Below, in pieces: positions 50,214-63,029 of a stretch of 64,000 nucleotides of DNA. Origin of the DNA: Octopus sinensis (Eukaryota). The stretch covers positions 33,480,001 to 33,544,000 of the forward strand of contig NC_043015.1 of assembly GCF_006345805.1 (NCBI RefSeq), in the 5' to 3' direction. The translations under genes and the position numbers were made by a program. The notes beneath the pieces are model-generated. The model searched no databases, was not told where the DNA came from, and saw only the letters and a list, made by a program, of their open reading frames with translations. Numbering within the stretch: position 1 is the stretch's first letter; each line of letters starts with the position of its first letter.

Positions 50214-52212
50214 GGGGTTTAGTCAAGCGTATGGACACCAGGGTTTATTTTAGCTGGATATTTATTTTATTGACCTCTATTTACTGAAATGTCAAGATAC
50301 CATTTGGCACAAGGAGACGCAATTCAACACCAAGGCATACACACATGCATACGTAATACATACACACATATACACACAAATACTCAATGATGGATTTCTA
50401 TAGTTTCCATCAACTAAATTCAACTGATAAGATTATTGGTCAACAATAACTAGAAGACACTTTTCCGAAGAACTATGCCGCAAGATTAAACTTGGATCCA
50501 TTAAGTTGCAAAGCAAACCTTTTAACCACACCACTACTTATCACATCACATTATTAAGTGGTAGATGTTGTAGTTTAGGTGTCAATGTTACCTGTGGAAG
50601 TAGATCATACACACACATGCAAATACATACATACACACACACACACACACTTATGTAGCATGTCATTGTGTTATAGGAAACATTTGAACACTTTGTCCAA
50701 TGAAGTGTTTCACACACACAAGTGCCTACATATAGCACTCACTTTTTTTACACAAAACTTGAATTCAAATAAGTTATGAAGTATCTTACCCATCTTTTAT
50801 GTGTCAACAGAAACCTCGTCTCTCTCCCTCCTGCCCTCTCTCTCTTACACCCCTCCCCAAAAGGTTGCCAACATTAAAGGGAGTATAAAATCGGGTCTCC
50901 ATCTTAATTGTAACATGTTGCAAGGGACAGGAGCATTCTTTAAAACTACAGTAACTGACCACCTATTGACCAGACAGAGTGCAGATATGGAACAGCAAAA
51001 GCCGACAGAGTGAACACACACACACACACACAATGTTGAATGAAGGATAATACTACTTTAGTGGACACTAAAAACTTTGGAGCTTCAAGGAACATAAATT
51101 GAGACACATGTCCACACAGTTTAAGGGACAACACACAGAAAGCCATGTAGATTTCGTTTCTGTTGGGAGAACATCAGTTTATTATCATTTAAGTGATTGG
51201 GGGGGGGGACACCAGGAGGATTTTAGCTGACAGGTGTGATTGTAATTGGTGGTGGCAGCAGTGAGGATGATGCTATAGTGTCAATAGTAATTGGTATTAA
51301 AACAAGATTTTACAGTTTGGGTGACAGTAACATCATTAATAAAAATGCAGAGCAGTGAAAACTCCATGACAACAAATATTTAAACTGTGATAACAAATAC
51401 AATACATGATGAACCCCAATCCATCCCACCCCACCCAACTCCTAACACCACACTGTAACACAACAGGCCTCACTGATACCTCACAATGTAACCGGTCACA
51501 TGACCATCTCACAACAGAACACACTGAAGTCAACAGACCAGACTACAAGCAACACACACACACACACACACATGGTAGACAACAACAAAACCACAAAGAA
51601 TAGACCAGACAACACAACAGGTCACATGACCACTGTACAACAGACAACAGGACACTAATGCCACACAACATCATATTCCATTGCTTAGTTCCGGCGTTGT
51701 ATTGCTACAGAGAAGCCGAAATGTTTAACATGTGTGAGGTGAGGGATGAAATCACTGGTGTAGAAATGCATTGAGGTGGAATGAAGTGTGTTATTTGTGA
51801 CAGGTGTGTGAGAGAGGGGTAATAGCAGAGGGGATGAGAGAATGGATCAATTAATGACTGAGTAATCAACAGTAGGACAAGATGTGAATAAAAGTGGGAA
51901 GGAGAGAGAGAGAGAAAGATAGATGGATGGACATCAAAGAAAGATCGAGTGAGGGAGAACAATTTGTGTTGTTTGTGTGTGTGCGTTTATATATATTTTT
52001 GTTTACATAGAGATAGATTGATAGAAACATAAATAGAGAGAGACAGAATTGCAAAGGAATAAAAGAATAGAAGAGAGGGGGAGAGAGAGAGAGAGAGAGA
52101 AAAAGAGAGTATAAAAGTGACCATACCCAGAGAATAGGATGTACCCGGCACCGTCCAAATGTTGTACCCATGCACACAGACTAGCAGCAGCAGCAGTAGT
52201 AGTAGTAATGAC

Positions 52213-52243
<31 letters not shown>

Positions 52244-54494
52244 TTTAGTTAGTTAGTTAGTGTTAGTTGTAAGAGTGCAGTGATGGTGTAATTCTGAAAG
52301 TGTAATATAAAGAGAGAGAGAGAAAGAGAGAGAGGGGGGAGAGGGAAGGAAAGCAAAGGGAGACCATTTTGTGTGTGTGTGTGTGTGTGAAGCAATGCAC
52401 ATTACTGCAGTAGCAGGGGCAACCATGTGGAACTACCAAATGCATGGCTTTGTCTTCACATACACATGGATAACGTGATGGTAGTGGTAGTGGCGTGGTG
52501 GCATAGTAGTTATGATGATGGTAGGTGTGGTGGTGGTGATAGTGATGGCAGCGGCGGTGGTGGTGGTGGTGACAGTGATGGCGGTAGTGGAAAAGTGTGG
52601 TGCAGCAGTAGTGATGGAGGTGATGGTGGTGGTGGTAGTAGGGCAGTGATGACGAGGATGGTAAGGTGTGGTGTGTTGTGGTGTGCAGTGGAGCTGACAA
52701 TAGAGGTTGTGGGTGTGTGATAATGGTAAATGTACCTTCGCATACACCTGGACATTGGAGTGATTGCGTATGCGTGTGTGGAGAGAGAGAAAGGAAAGAG
52801 AGAGGGAGGAGCTGATTTCTGCTACTGTATAGCAATGGAGGAGGATAATCAAAAGTTAGAGTACAAAGGATATTTTCAAGAACAACAACAACTGTACAGT
52901 TGCAAGGTGATGAAGAGGGGAAACGCTTGTGAGATCATTTGACTTGCTAGAAGTAACAGCCAAGTCTTCTTTAAATGACACTACAAAAAAAAAAAAAAAA
53001 AAGGAAAGACACATTGGAAAATGTCGTCCTGGATAAGAGATAGCCATGGGTGGAAAGACTGATCATAGACGCGTTGAGTTCGGGCTGACCTTGGGCTAAA
53101 TCAATAACATCAAAAACAACAACTGCAACAGAAACAGCTTCGGCAACAACAACACTGCTGCAAATAGCAGTAACAACAAAAACAACAACTACTACAACAT
53201 CAGCAGCAACAGCAGCAGCAACAACACAACTGTAAGAGCAGCAGCAGCAGCAGCAACAACAACAACAACAACCATATAAAAACAGTAACGTTGCACTTCC
53301 TTAAATACTGTTTACAGATCAATGACTGATTGAAGAAACAATCAACAGAATTAAAAATAATAAAATAAACAAAAAGTAAATGAAAAAAATAGAATTAAAA
53401 TATATAATTAGAAACTTTAGTGTGTATGTAAGTATATAAATATGGGTTGTGCACACACACACACACACACACACATGTACATATAGGCAAACAACGTATA
53501 TTTATATACTTACACACACATACAAAAATACATGTATATAAATGTGTGCATCTGCATAAGTATATATGTATATGTATGTATATGTGTGTGTATATAAATA
53601 TATACATGTGTGTGTATATATACATATCTACGAGAATCTAAATATATATGCATGCATTCTTTTTTTCTTTGTGAAGTTATATTTGGTAAAAGGTGGGGGT
53701 CGTGGCCGGGGTATGGTAGGTAGGTGTGAGGGAGAGGAGAAGGTGATAATCCTACCAGAATTAACCACAACAACAACAGAAATAACAGGAACAACAATGA
53801 CAATAGCAACAACAGGAAGAACAACAACAATAATGATGACAAGAATAATCAGAGCAACAACAGGAAAATAGTGGTAAGAGGAACCACAATAGTAACAACA
53901 ATGGCATTACTAAAAATTAAGTTCTTTTAGATTCCAAGTCTGTTTGTTTTGTTGATTCTCTCTCCTCTCCTCCAGCCCTCTATCCTCCTCTCCACATCGC
54001 AGCCCCAGCCCATCATCTAATTCTCCTCCTTCCTTCTAATTAGAGGAAGTGAGATGCCTGTTCAATTCCTGGCAGCATTCTTTGAAAATGGGTCAAAGGC
54101 GAAAGGGAAGAGATGAAGAGGGGTGGGTGGGTGAGTGATAAAGTGATTTTAAAATGACTGAAATTGAAAGGGAGAGAAAGAACACCTGAGGAGAGAGGGA
54201 GAGAGAGAGATTGTGAAGTATTTGATGAAATGGTTAATATGACATGTGACAGGTAAATTTGACAGAGAAAGGTAATATAGTGGTGGTGGGAGTACAGATT
54301 GTAGTGTGGTGGCAGTTATAGGTAATAGTTTATAGTGTACAAGCACAGGTTTGCAATGTGGTACTAGTTTTGTAACACACCTATAGTGGATCTAGTTTGT
54401 TGTGTGGTGGTAGAGGTGGTGTGTCTGAAAGTAGCTCAGTAGGAGTGAAGTACACCTTGAGGCAAAGGACTTGACCTCATCCAAGACAAAACAC

Positions 54495-54580
54495 TTCACC
54501 ATCAAGCAGCAGAGATCAAGATGTAAGAACCTGCTTCCCTCTGATCTCGAGACTATGCTGATGAACTTGCCCTCGCAATT
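54495..54580 (+). pseudogene. RTE-clade LINE reverse transcriptase fragment (YADD motif region)
   Basis: FTIKQQRSRCKNLLPSDL, a 2-nt frameshift, then DYADELAL; compare RTE-type FTL..RRSRR.P...TDLDYADD.AL. Confidence 0.65.
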
Positions 54581-56202
54581 TGTCATGTTCCCTTTCAACC
54601 AACAAGCTGTATAACAGCTCCCTTCATCTATGAAAGAATCTAATAAATAAGAAAAAAATGAAGCAAGCAAGAAAGAAAAAAGCAATGATAGACAGAGACA
54701 TAGATGTGAGGGTGTGTTTATGGTCTTGAGAGAGAAAGAGAAATGGAAAATTTGGTAGAACAGTCATAACGGTAGACTGTCTGGAGACAGAAATAATGAG
54801 GAAACCAGATCCAAGTAATTAATACATTCAATTAATGATTAAAATATAAATTAGTGATTCTCAACTGTGGTCCATATAAGACTTTGTTGTGAAAGTTTAT
54901 GTGCCATAAAATGATTATACTTCTACAAAACACAAAATAATTACAAATAGAAAGGAGTGGATGATGAGAAAAACAACAAACTAACATATATAAAACAATA
55001 ATAATCCTTTCTACTCTAGGAACTGAAATTTTATGGGAGGGATCTAGTTGATTACATTGACCCCAGTGCTCAAATGGTACTTATTTCATTGACCTCAAAA
55101 GGAGAAGAAGTAAAGCCAACCTCCATGGAACTCATGATGTAAAGAGGGACAAATATCACAACACATTTTGACTGGTGTGCTAATGATTCTCCCAGCTGCT
55201 GCCTTAATAATAATAATAATAATAATAATATAATAATAATAATAACAACAGTGAAGAAGGAAGGCAAAAAAAAACAAACCCAGGCATATATGGTCTTCCT
55301 AAGTACAATATAGCCAAGCTATAGAGAATGAAGAAGGTGAAGATAATGCCAATAATAGTTGGGTTCTTGGGACTGTATCAGAAAGCATCAAGAGGAATAT
55401 AAAAGATGTTGGAATAGAGTGTCCAGTAGAACTGTTACAAAAATGTTGTCTCTTTGGTATGGCCAGAATAATCAGGAAAGTATCAGATAGCTAAAAAGAA
55501 CCGATAGCATGGCACCATGGGCTGCAAGTAGCAAGCCTGCTATGCAGGCAGGACTCCAGAAGTTCTAATAAAACATGGGTTAAATAAAATAATAATACCA
55601 ACAACAGTAATAATCCTTTCTACAATAGGCTTTTGTTGGGGATAATTGACCCCAAAAGGATGAAAGGCAGAGTTGACCTTGGCAGAATTTGAATGCAGAA
55701 TGTAAAGAGTCTAAGAAAGGCTGCCAAGCATTTTGTCCAACTTACGCAACAACAATAAAAGTAGAGGCTTCTCTACGTGGTTACAAAATTTGCTTCCCAA
55801 TCACATGATTTTTATGTTCAGTCCCACTGCATGGGACCTCAGGCAAGTGCCTTTATCATATAACCCTGGGTTAACCAAAGTTTTGTGAGTAGATTTGGTA
55901 GACAAAAACTGAAATAAACCTGGGTGTGACAGCATGTGGTAGTTGTATACAAGCATCACATGACAAGTAGTGCTGTTTGTTTCCCATTCCCCAAGAAGCA
56001 AGTCTAGCTACGGGGAAATATCACCTTACTTGGAAACAAGGTGAAGGTCGGTGACAGGAAGGGCATCCAGCTGTAGAAAATCTGCCTCATCAAAATCTAT
56101 TTGAACCATGCAAATATGGAAATGTGGACAGATGATGATGATGAATAGTAATAAAATAATGATAATGATTAAAAATAATGTTAGAAAAGAATAAAATAGT
56201 CA

Positions 56203-56408
56203 TTTCTACTGTAGGCACAAGGCCTAAAGTATTGGGCAAGGGGCTAAGTCAATTTCATTGACCTCACTGTTCTACTGGTACGTATTTTATTGATTCCAAA
56301 AGAATGAAAGACAAAGTTGACCTCAGCGGAATTTGAACCCAGAACATGAAGATGAAAGAAATTCTGCTAACATTTTTTTACCTCGTGCTCACAATTCTGC
56401 CAGCTTGC
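56203..56408 (-). mobile_element. Family A SINE
   Basis: ctggtacgtattttattgattccaaaagaatgaaagacaaagttgacctcagcggaatttgaaccc...caattctgccagc. Confidence 0.8.
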
Positions 56409-56520
56409 AAAAATCAATATTTATAATGATAAAACTGTAAAGAAATGGAAAAGAAACTCGTCTGGTATGTTAGGGTGGTCCTTTGTTGTCTGCATCCCAC
56501 CACTTTAGGGGTTCTTCCTT

Positions 56521-56749
56521 GTTATCTTTTACTTGTTTCAGTCATTTGACTGTGGCCCTGGTAGGGCATCACCCTGAAGGATTTTAGTCGAATAAATCAA
56601 CCCCAGGACTTAATTTCTTTAAATCTAATGCTTATTCTATCAGGCTCTTTTGCTGAACCACTAAGTTACAGGGACATAAACATAGCAACGTCAGTTTCCA
56701 AGTGATGGTATGAGGACAAACACAAAGACATGTACACACACACACACTG

Positions 56750-56799
<50 letters not shown>

Positions 56800-56960
56800 C
56801 AGGCTTCTTTCAGTTTCTGTTTACCAAATTAACTCACAAAGCTTTGGTTGGCTCGAAGCTATAGTAGAAGATACCTGCTCAAGATGCAACTCAGTGGGAC
56901 TGAACCTAGAACCCTGTAATTTGGAAGCAAGCTTCTTACCACACATCCACATCTGCACCT
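56521..56960 (-). mobile_element. Family B SINE with internal (TA)n
   Basis: ttttacttgtttcagtcatttgactg...(TA)n...gacaggcttctttcagtttctgtttaccaaatt...ggaagcaagcttcttaccacac. Confidence 0.85.
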
Positions 56961-57560
56961 AGAGTGTGTTATGTTTTTGTGTTTTCTTTCTATATTGTTA
57001 TCTATGACTATGTCTATTGTTATCACTGATCTCTTTTTATTGAAGTGAAATCATTTCACTGCACCACTTCTTGCTGCCATCCATTTCACTTTTTATACCG
57101 TTTCTATGATCTTGGGATTGGCTCCTTGGAACCTACAAAGGAAATCCCTTAGTTGAAGTGATTGAAAATATTAATTAAAGCATGAAAGGGTCGATATGAA
57201 TAGAAGAAAAAACCCTTAATGTTTCCATGTCAACAGACACCTTAATGCTATTGGCACAAAGTAGAAGATTTTGTGGGGCTTTGGAAAATTTAATGTTGCA
57301 GGAGTGGGAGGGGAGAATTGTTTCTTTGTTCTACTCAATCCATCTCTTTAGTATCCCACTTATACTGTGTATGTGCACATATTTGTATGTGCTTATTTAA
57401 ATCTGTGTGTGTGTGCGTGTGTGTACGTGTGTGTGTGTACACAGATGTACATTTCTTTTTTGTTCTTTCCCATAAGTTTTTTCAACTTATAATTAAGTTT
57501 GCTTTTACAAATATGCATTTTATATATATATTGCATATTTGAAATATATATATATATATA

Positions 57561-57592
<32 letters not shown>

Positions 57593-58345
57593 GACAGGCT
57601 TCTTTCAGTTTCTGTTTACCAAATTAACTCACAAAGCTTTGGTTGGCTCGAAGCTATAGTAGAAGATACCTGCTCAAGATGCAACTCAGTGGGACTGAAC
57701 CTAGAACCCTGTAATTTGGAAGCAAGCTTCTTACCACACATCCACATCTGCACCTAGAGTGTGTTATGTTTTTGTGTTTTCTTTCTATATTGTTATCTAT
57801 GACTATGTCTATTGTTATCACTGATCTCTTTTTATTGAAGTGAAATCATTTCACTGCACCACTTCTTGCTGCCATCCATTTCACTTTTTATACCGTTTCT
57901 ATGATCTTGGGATTGGCTCCTTGGAACCTACAAAGGAATCCCTTAGTTGAAGTGATTGAAAATATTAATTAAGCATGAAAGGGTCGATATGAATAGAAGA
58001 AAAAACCCTTAATGTTTCCATGTCAACAGACACCTTAATGCTATTGGCACAAAGTAGAAGATTTTGTGGGGCTTTGGAAAATTTAATGTTGCAGGAGTGG
58101 GAGGGGAGAATTGTTTCTTTGTTCTACTCAATCCATCTCTTTAGTATCCCACTTATACTGTGTATGTGCACATATTTGTATGTGCTTATTTAAATCTGTG
58201 TGTGTGTGCGTGTGTGTACGTGTGTGTGTGTACACAGATGTACATTTCTTTTTTGTTCTTTCCCATAAGTTTTTTCAACTTATAATTAAGTTTGCTTTTA
58301 CAAATATGCATTTTATATATATATTGCATATTTGAAATATATATA
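56796..58345. repeat. Near-identical tandem duplication, period 793-795 bp, bounded by (TA)n
   Basis: gacaggcttc at 56798 and 57593; catatttgaaat ends both copies (g at 57541 and 58334). Differences seen are four homopolymer indels. Confidence 0.95.
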
Positions 58346-59353
58346 TATATATATATATATATTATACTTGTGTGTGTGTGTGTGCGTGCATAAGTTAACC
58401 TGCAACCAGTGTAAAAGATAGTGTGTGTTTTTGTGTGCACAAGTGTTCTCTGTCTCTACACCATTCCAAACTGATCCTCCCCTGAAGGTTATCCATGATA
58501 ACACTCTGTCCCCCACCCAGCACCATTCCATTTTAAATGCAATATATATAACAGTGAAATGTTATTGCTGAATTCAGATTTATAGAAAAAGAAAAAAAAG
58601 GTAAAACAAAAAAAAAAAAGAATGTCTGGAAACAAATTTTAAAAAATAAGAAAGAATGAGGCAAAGATAAGGAGAAACACTTAAGTGGAAATAAATTTCT
58701 GTATTAGATTAAGAAGAAATAAAAATGCCGAAGAAAGGATAAATAATTTAACAGGAAGGAGAGAGAGAGAAAGAGAGTGGAATGAAAGAATTTCTTTTGA
58801 AAATATGGTTTCTTTGGAGTTAAAGAGAAAAACAACTGTGATATCACCAACAACAACTTAACATCAACAATAGTAACAACACCAGATATAACAACAACAA
58901 CAACAATCAACAATCATAACAATACTTATGTCAACAGCAGTAACACTGCCTCTACCAACGACAACGACAACAACAATTATAACAGCACCAAGTATGACAT
59001 CAACAACAGTCAACAGTTTTAACAACTACAACATCAACAACAACTACATCAACAATTTTAACATCAGCAGCAGCTATAAATCAAGAAATATGTTTATGTA
59101 GAAAATACAAACCCACACACACACACACACACGCACGCATGCATGCATACATACAAACATACATACACACACACACAAATATCTTTAAATCTGGCTACAT
59201 CTTAGTATTGAGTCCTTTCCTCAGAAAATGCTAGTTGTTGTTATTCATCCCTTAATGTTAACATGTATACACACACAAGCACACACATGTATGTGTATGT
59301 GTGAGAGAGAGAGAGAGAGAGTATAAACATGTAATCAGACTACACATTGCTGT

Positions 59354-59386
<33 letters not shown>

Positions 59387-60420
59387 ATATGAAATATTTA
59401 CATTAAACAAACAAAAGCATCACACCTTCACCTCTATAAAATAGATTAAAGACAGATTATCACCATTTAAACAGCCTTGTTTTAAGGTAGGAACTGTGCG
59501 TGCGTGTGTGTGTGTGTGTGTGTGTGTGTATTTATATGTGTGAATATATGTGTGTGTGCTAAACTGTATGCATATGTATGTAATATAAAAGTTACACATG
59601 TATTAGTGTGAACATGTATTATATATGCTGCACATTATTATACATGTATGTAGATGCACACGCACGTGAGTATAGACATATATATACGAGCATGTAGTAT
59701 ACACATGTGTAGCTATGTCATAATAGTGATTGCTAAACAACACATTTGTCCTTTATTAACCTCTACCACCACCACCACCACCATTTACACCACCACATCG
59801 CATCAACTACCACCAACACTGCCTTCAACACCACCACCACCACTGTCAGGAAGTATATATATATTTTCATTTAATTGGAAGTGACAAAGAGAGAACAGAA
59901 AGAAAAGTAAATCACCACCGCCACCACCATTACCATCCATCATCATCATCAGCAGCAGCAGCAATCTTCTCACCAACACCACCATTATCAGCACAACTTA
60001 TCATCATCATAGACAGGATACTAATAATTGTGGAAGTTTATCACATTTTCCTGTTCATCACCCAGAAATAGATGAGATAAAAGCTACCCTAAGGTGACAC
60101 ATCAGCAAACATCATTATCTCTCTTTCTCTCTCCACCCTTGCCCACTCTCCCTCACACACACACATTTATTTCTGAGTAAAATTAGAGAAATCCAAGAGG
60201 AGTGATTATAATGAAATTGTTCTTTCTCTTGTTGCTATTGTTAAGTAGTTATCCTTGCCACTCTCTGGCCTGCAGCACTGACCAGTCCAGCATAAGCAGA
60301 CCTCAAAATATACTCAAGTAACCAATGAAACATTTATAGCTGACCCATTGGTCAGATCCTATTCCTGTAGGGGACCATAACATCTTGGATTTATCAGATT
60401 GCAGAATTGGTCAAGTGGTC

Positions 60421-60682
60421 AGTATAGAGAGAGCCAGTGCCATATGGTAAGGTTAATGTAGACAGAACCAATGCCACATGGTGTTATGGCCAGTGTAGAC
60501 AGAACCAGTTCCACATGTGGTCAATGTAGATAGAACCAGTTCCACATGTGATCAGCATACATAGAACAAGTATCACATGGTGTTGTGGCCAGCATAGACA
60601 GAACAAGTGCCAAATGGTTTTGTGACCAGTGTAGACAGAACCAGTGCCACATGTAGTTAGTATAGATAGAACCAGTGTCAGT
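60421..60682. repeat. Minisatellite with 31/37-bp unit variants, 8 cores
   Basis: Core gtagacagaaccagtgccacatg at 60424, 60458, 60495, 60526, 60557, 60594, 60631 and 60662. Confidence 0.9.
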
Positions 60683-62601
60683 GATACATGGCTTTAATGT
60701 GCTTTAGACCCACTCTATTACTTATAGTATTTGTTAAATAAAAACCAAGAAACGAACTCACACACACACTATTTGCTTTTCCACCACTCACTCGTCCTGT
60801 AAAGAATTTCATGGGAAAGTTAATCTGCAATAGACTAGCAGCTTATTCAGGGTGACATTTTTGTGTCTCATCTACTGAGTATAACAGAGACAGGACTGAA
60901 GAAATATTCTTGTTTAATGTCAACATCCATGATGATGGAGGTGGAAAGCAGAGAGAGAGAGAGAGCAAAGGGAGAGAGAAAAGAGAAAGTGAAGGGGAAA
61001 TAGAAGGGAGAGAGTGAGAGAGATAAGGGAGAGCAAGGAGGAAGAGAGAGAGAGAGAGGGATGTAGGTAAGTAATGAAGATTAGTTTGATATGCTTGTAT
61101 GTGAAACAATATCCTCAACAGTAAAAGAGATAAGCAATAAAAATGTTCCACAAGATCTCATTTGAAAAACTTGAAACCTCTCAAACATCTTGTTGTTGTT
61201 ATTGCTGTTGTTGTTGTTATAGTTATCATTCATCTCACTCAGCTCAACAGACAATGACTAGTTGTTGCTGCTGCTGTTTTTATTGTTATCTTCTCATCAT
61301 TCACCTCATTCAGATGGAACTCTGCCAAAACAACCCTACCAATACTTTCACATTGGAATTGGTTTACCAGTCTTTTAAAAGAAGACAGTCCTATGTTGTA
61401 TAAACATTGAAATGACCTGAAATGCTGACCTTTCCCAAACTTTTGACCTCAACTCCTTTCATTGCTGACCCACAGCTTTTCAAGTTAAATGGAGAACATA
61501 TAAGGTAAAGAAAAAAGGTTATTATTTCATCTCCATCCTTCAAAGAACAGGAGGAGGAGGAGGAGGAGGAGAGAAATGTTGGTTTGTGTGCTTTTGTTTT
61601 GCTTTTCAGACATACTTAACTGACATCTGACAGTCACACAGACACACTGACGATGATGATGTTGATTAGAAGATGGTATGGTGTGCTGTGATATGAATGG
61701 CATTCCCAGAGACATTGGTACCATCAGTCATTCATCCTACTTTTTTGTTGAGGAAAAGGATGCCACAAAACCAGTCAATAACATATGAAGGAAAAGATGA
61801 AATGTTCAACCTGCTAGAAATAGCAGCGTAAACCATCATAAACCACACAAACTTCCTGTCTTATAAAGGGAATAACACATTGGACAATGTAGCCCAAGAT
61901 ATATAAAAACTAGCAGAAATATATTTAATCATAAGCCTGTCTGGCCAAGGTCAACCAAGGGTTAAACAAAACCAACTAATGACGATGATGATGATGATGA
62001 TAACAGTAAAGGTGACTGTGATTAAATGCAGTCGATGTGTAGCGCTTCTTCAGATATAATCTAAATCACCTCCAAGTATTTGCTAATGATATCACAACAT
62101 CTGATAAGACAACACTGTGTGTGTGTGTGAAGAGTTTGAATTGGCTGTTAACTGCTACTATCACCCGTGAAAACATGCACAAATCTCCAAGTCTATCATG
62201 GGAGCAGGGTTATCATACATCTCCAGTATTTTCTGACCACTGTCAAGATCACTTCACAGATAGTTTTTGACATAACAAAGACTATCCATAATTTGTCTCA
62301 TCACAATCCTAATTAGGGACAAATAAGGTATTTTATACGAGTGACAGTCATGGGACTGTGGCCATGCTGAGGCGACACTTGAAGGATTTTAGTTGAACAA
62401 ATATATGAATTGCTTGAAATATGGAGTAGAAAAACAGCCAACAACTGAGGAAGGGTAATTTTTTTATGTTGCCTGTCTTGTTTTCCATTTGTTTCTTTTG
62501 TTGTTTGCAAAAAAAGTTCGTATTTCGTATTTCATGTTGTTTACGTTGTGACGTCCATGTAAGTATGTACATATATATATATATATAATATATATATATA
62601 T

Positions 62602-62642
<41 letters not shown>

Positions 62643-63029
62643 GTGATTCATAGTGAAGAATGTTGAGGCCCTCAGGCCAGAACCTGAAACCATGGTATAT
62701 GAGTATCTGAATGGTATGCTCTTTTTAATGTCTTAGTTCTTTATCCGTTTCCTCACCTACTGTTGCTTTTCTGTTATTTGGTGCCTTCCAGTGGTTCAAT
62801 TAGGAATTTAGCTCCTATTTCTAAACAGGTTGATGCTTTTCCCACATCCTCATGCCTTGTGCTAACTTTAAATTTTATAGCTATATAATGCTATTAGACC
62901 TGTTGAACCACCTGTACTACTGCTGTTAGTATTATCAATTAAAATATTCACTGCAGATGATATTAACAATAGTAACATCTTAATTTGAGTGTAAATACTT
63001 GAGAATTTTTGCTCATATGCATATATATA

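Noticed and set aside
52263-52942. His/Thr-rich and Gly/Ser/Asp-rich ORFs
   Set aside because: Derived from (GGT/GAT)n and (GA)n repeats; no splice or homology support.
60421-60682. CRISPR-like repeat-spacer appearance (also 31837-32017)
   Set aside because: Linkers are only 8-14 bp and related to each other, the cores are degenerate, there are no cas genes, and the context is eukaryotic.
61290-61410. Plus-strand acceptor followed by GTLPKQPYQYFHIGIGLPVF* (similar cases at 14867, 17978, 21358, 49065)
   Set aside because: Acceptor-like pyrimidine tracts are frequent by chance in this composition; no matching donor, no recognisable protein and no consistent chain of exons.
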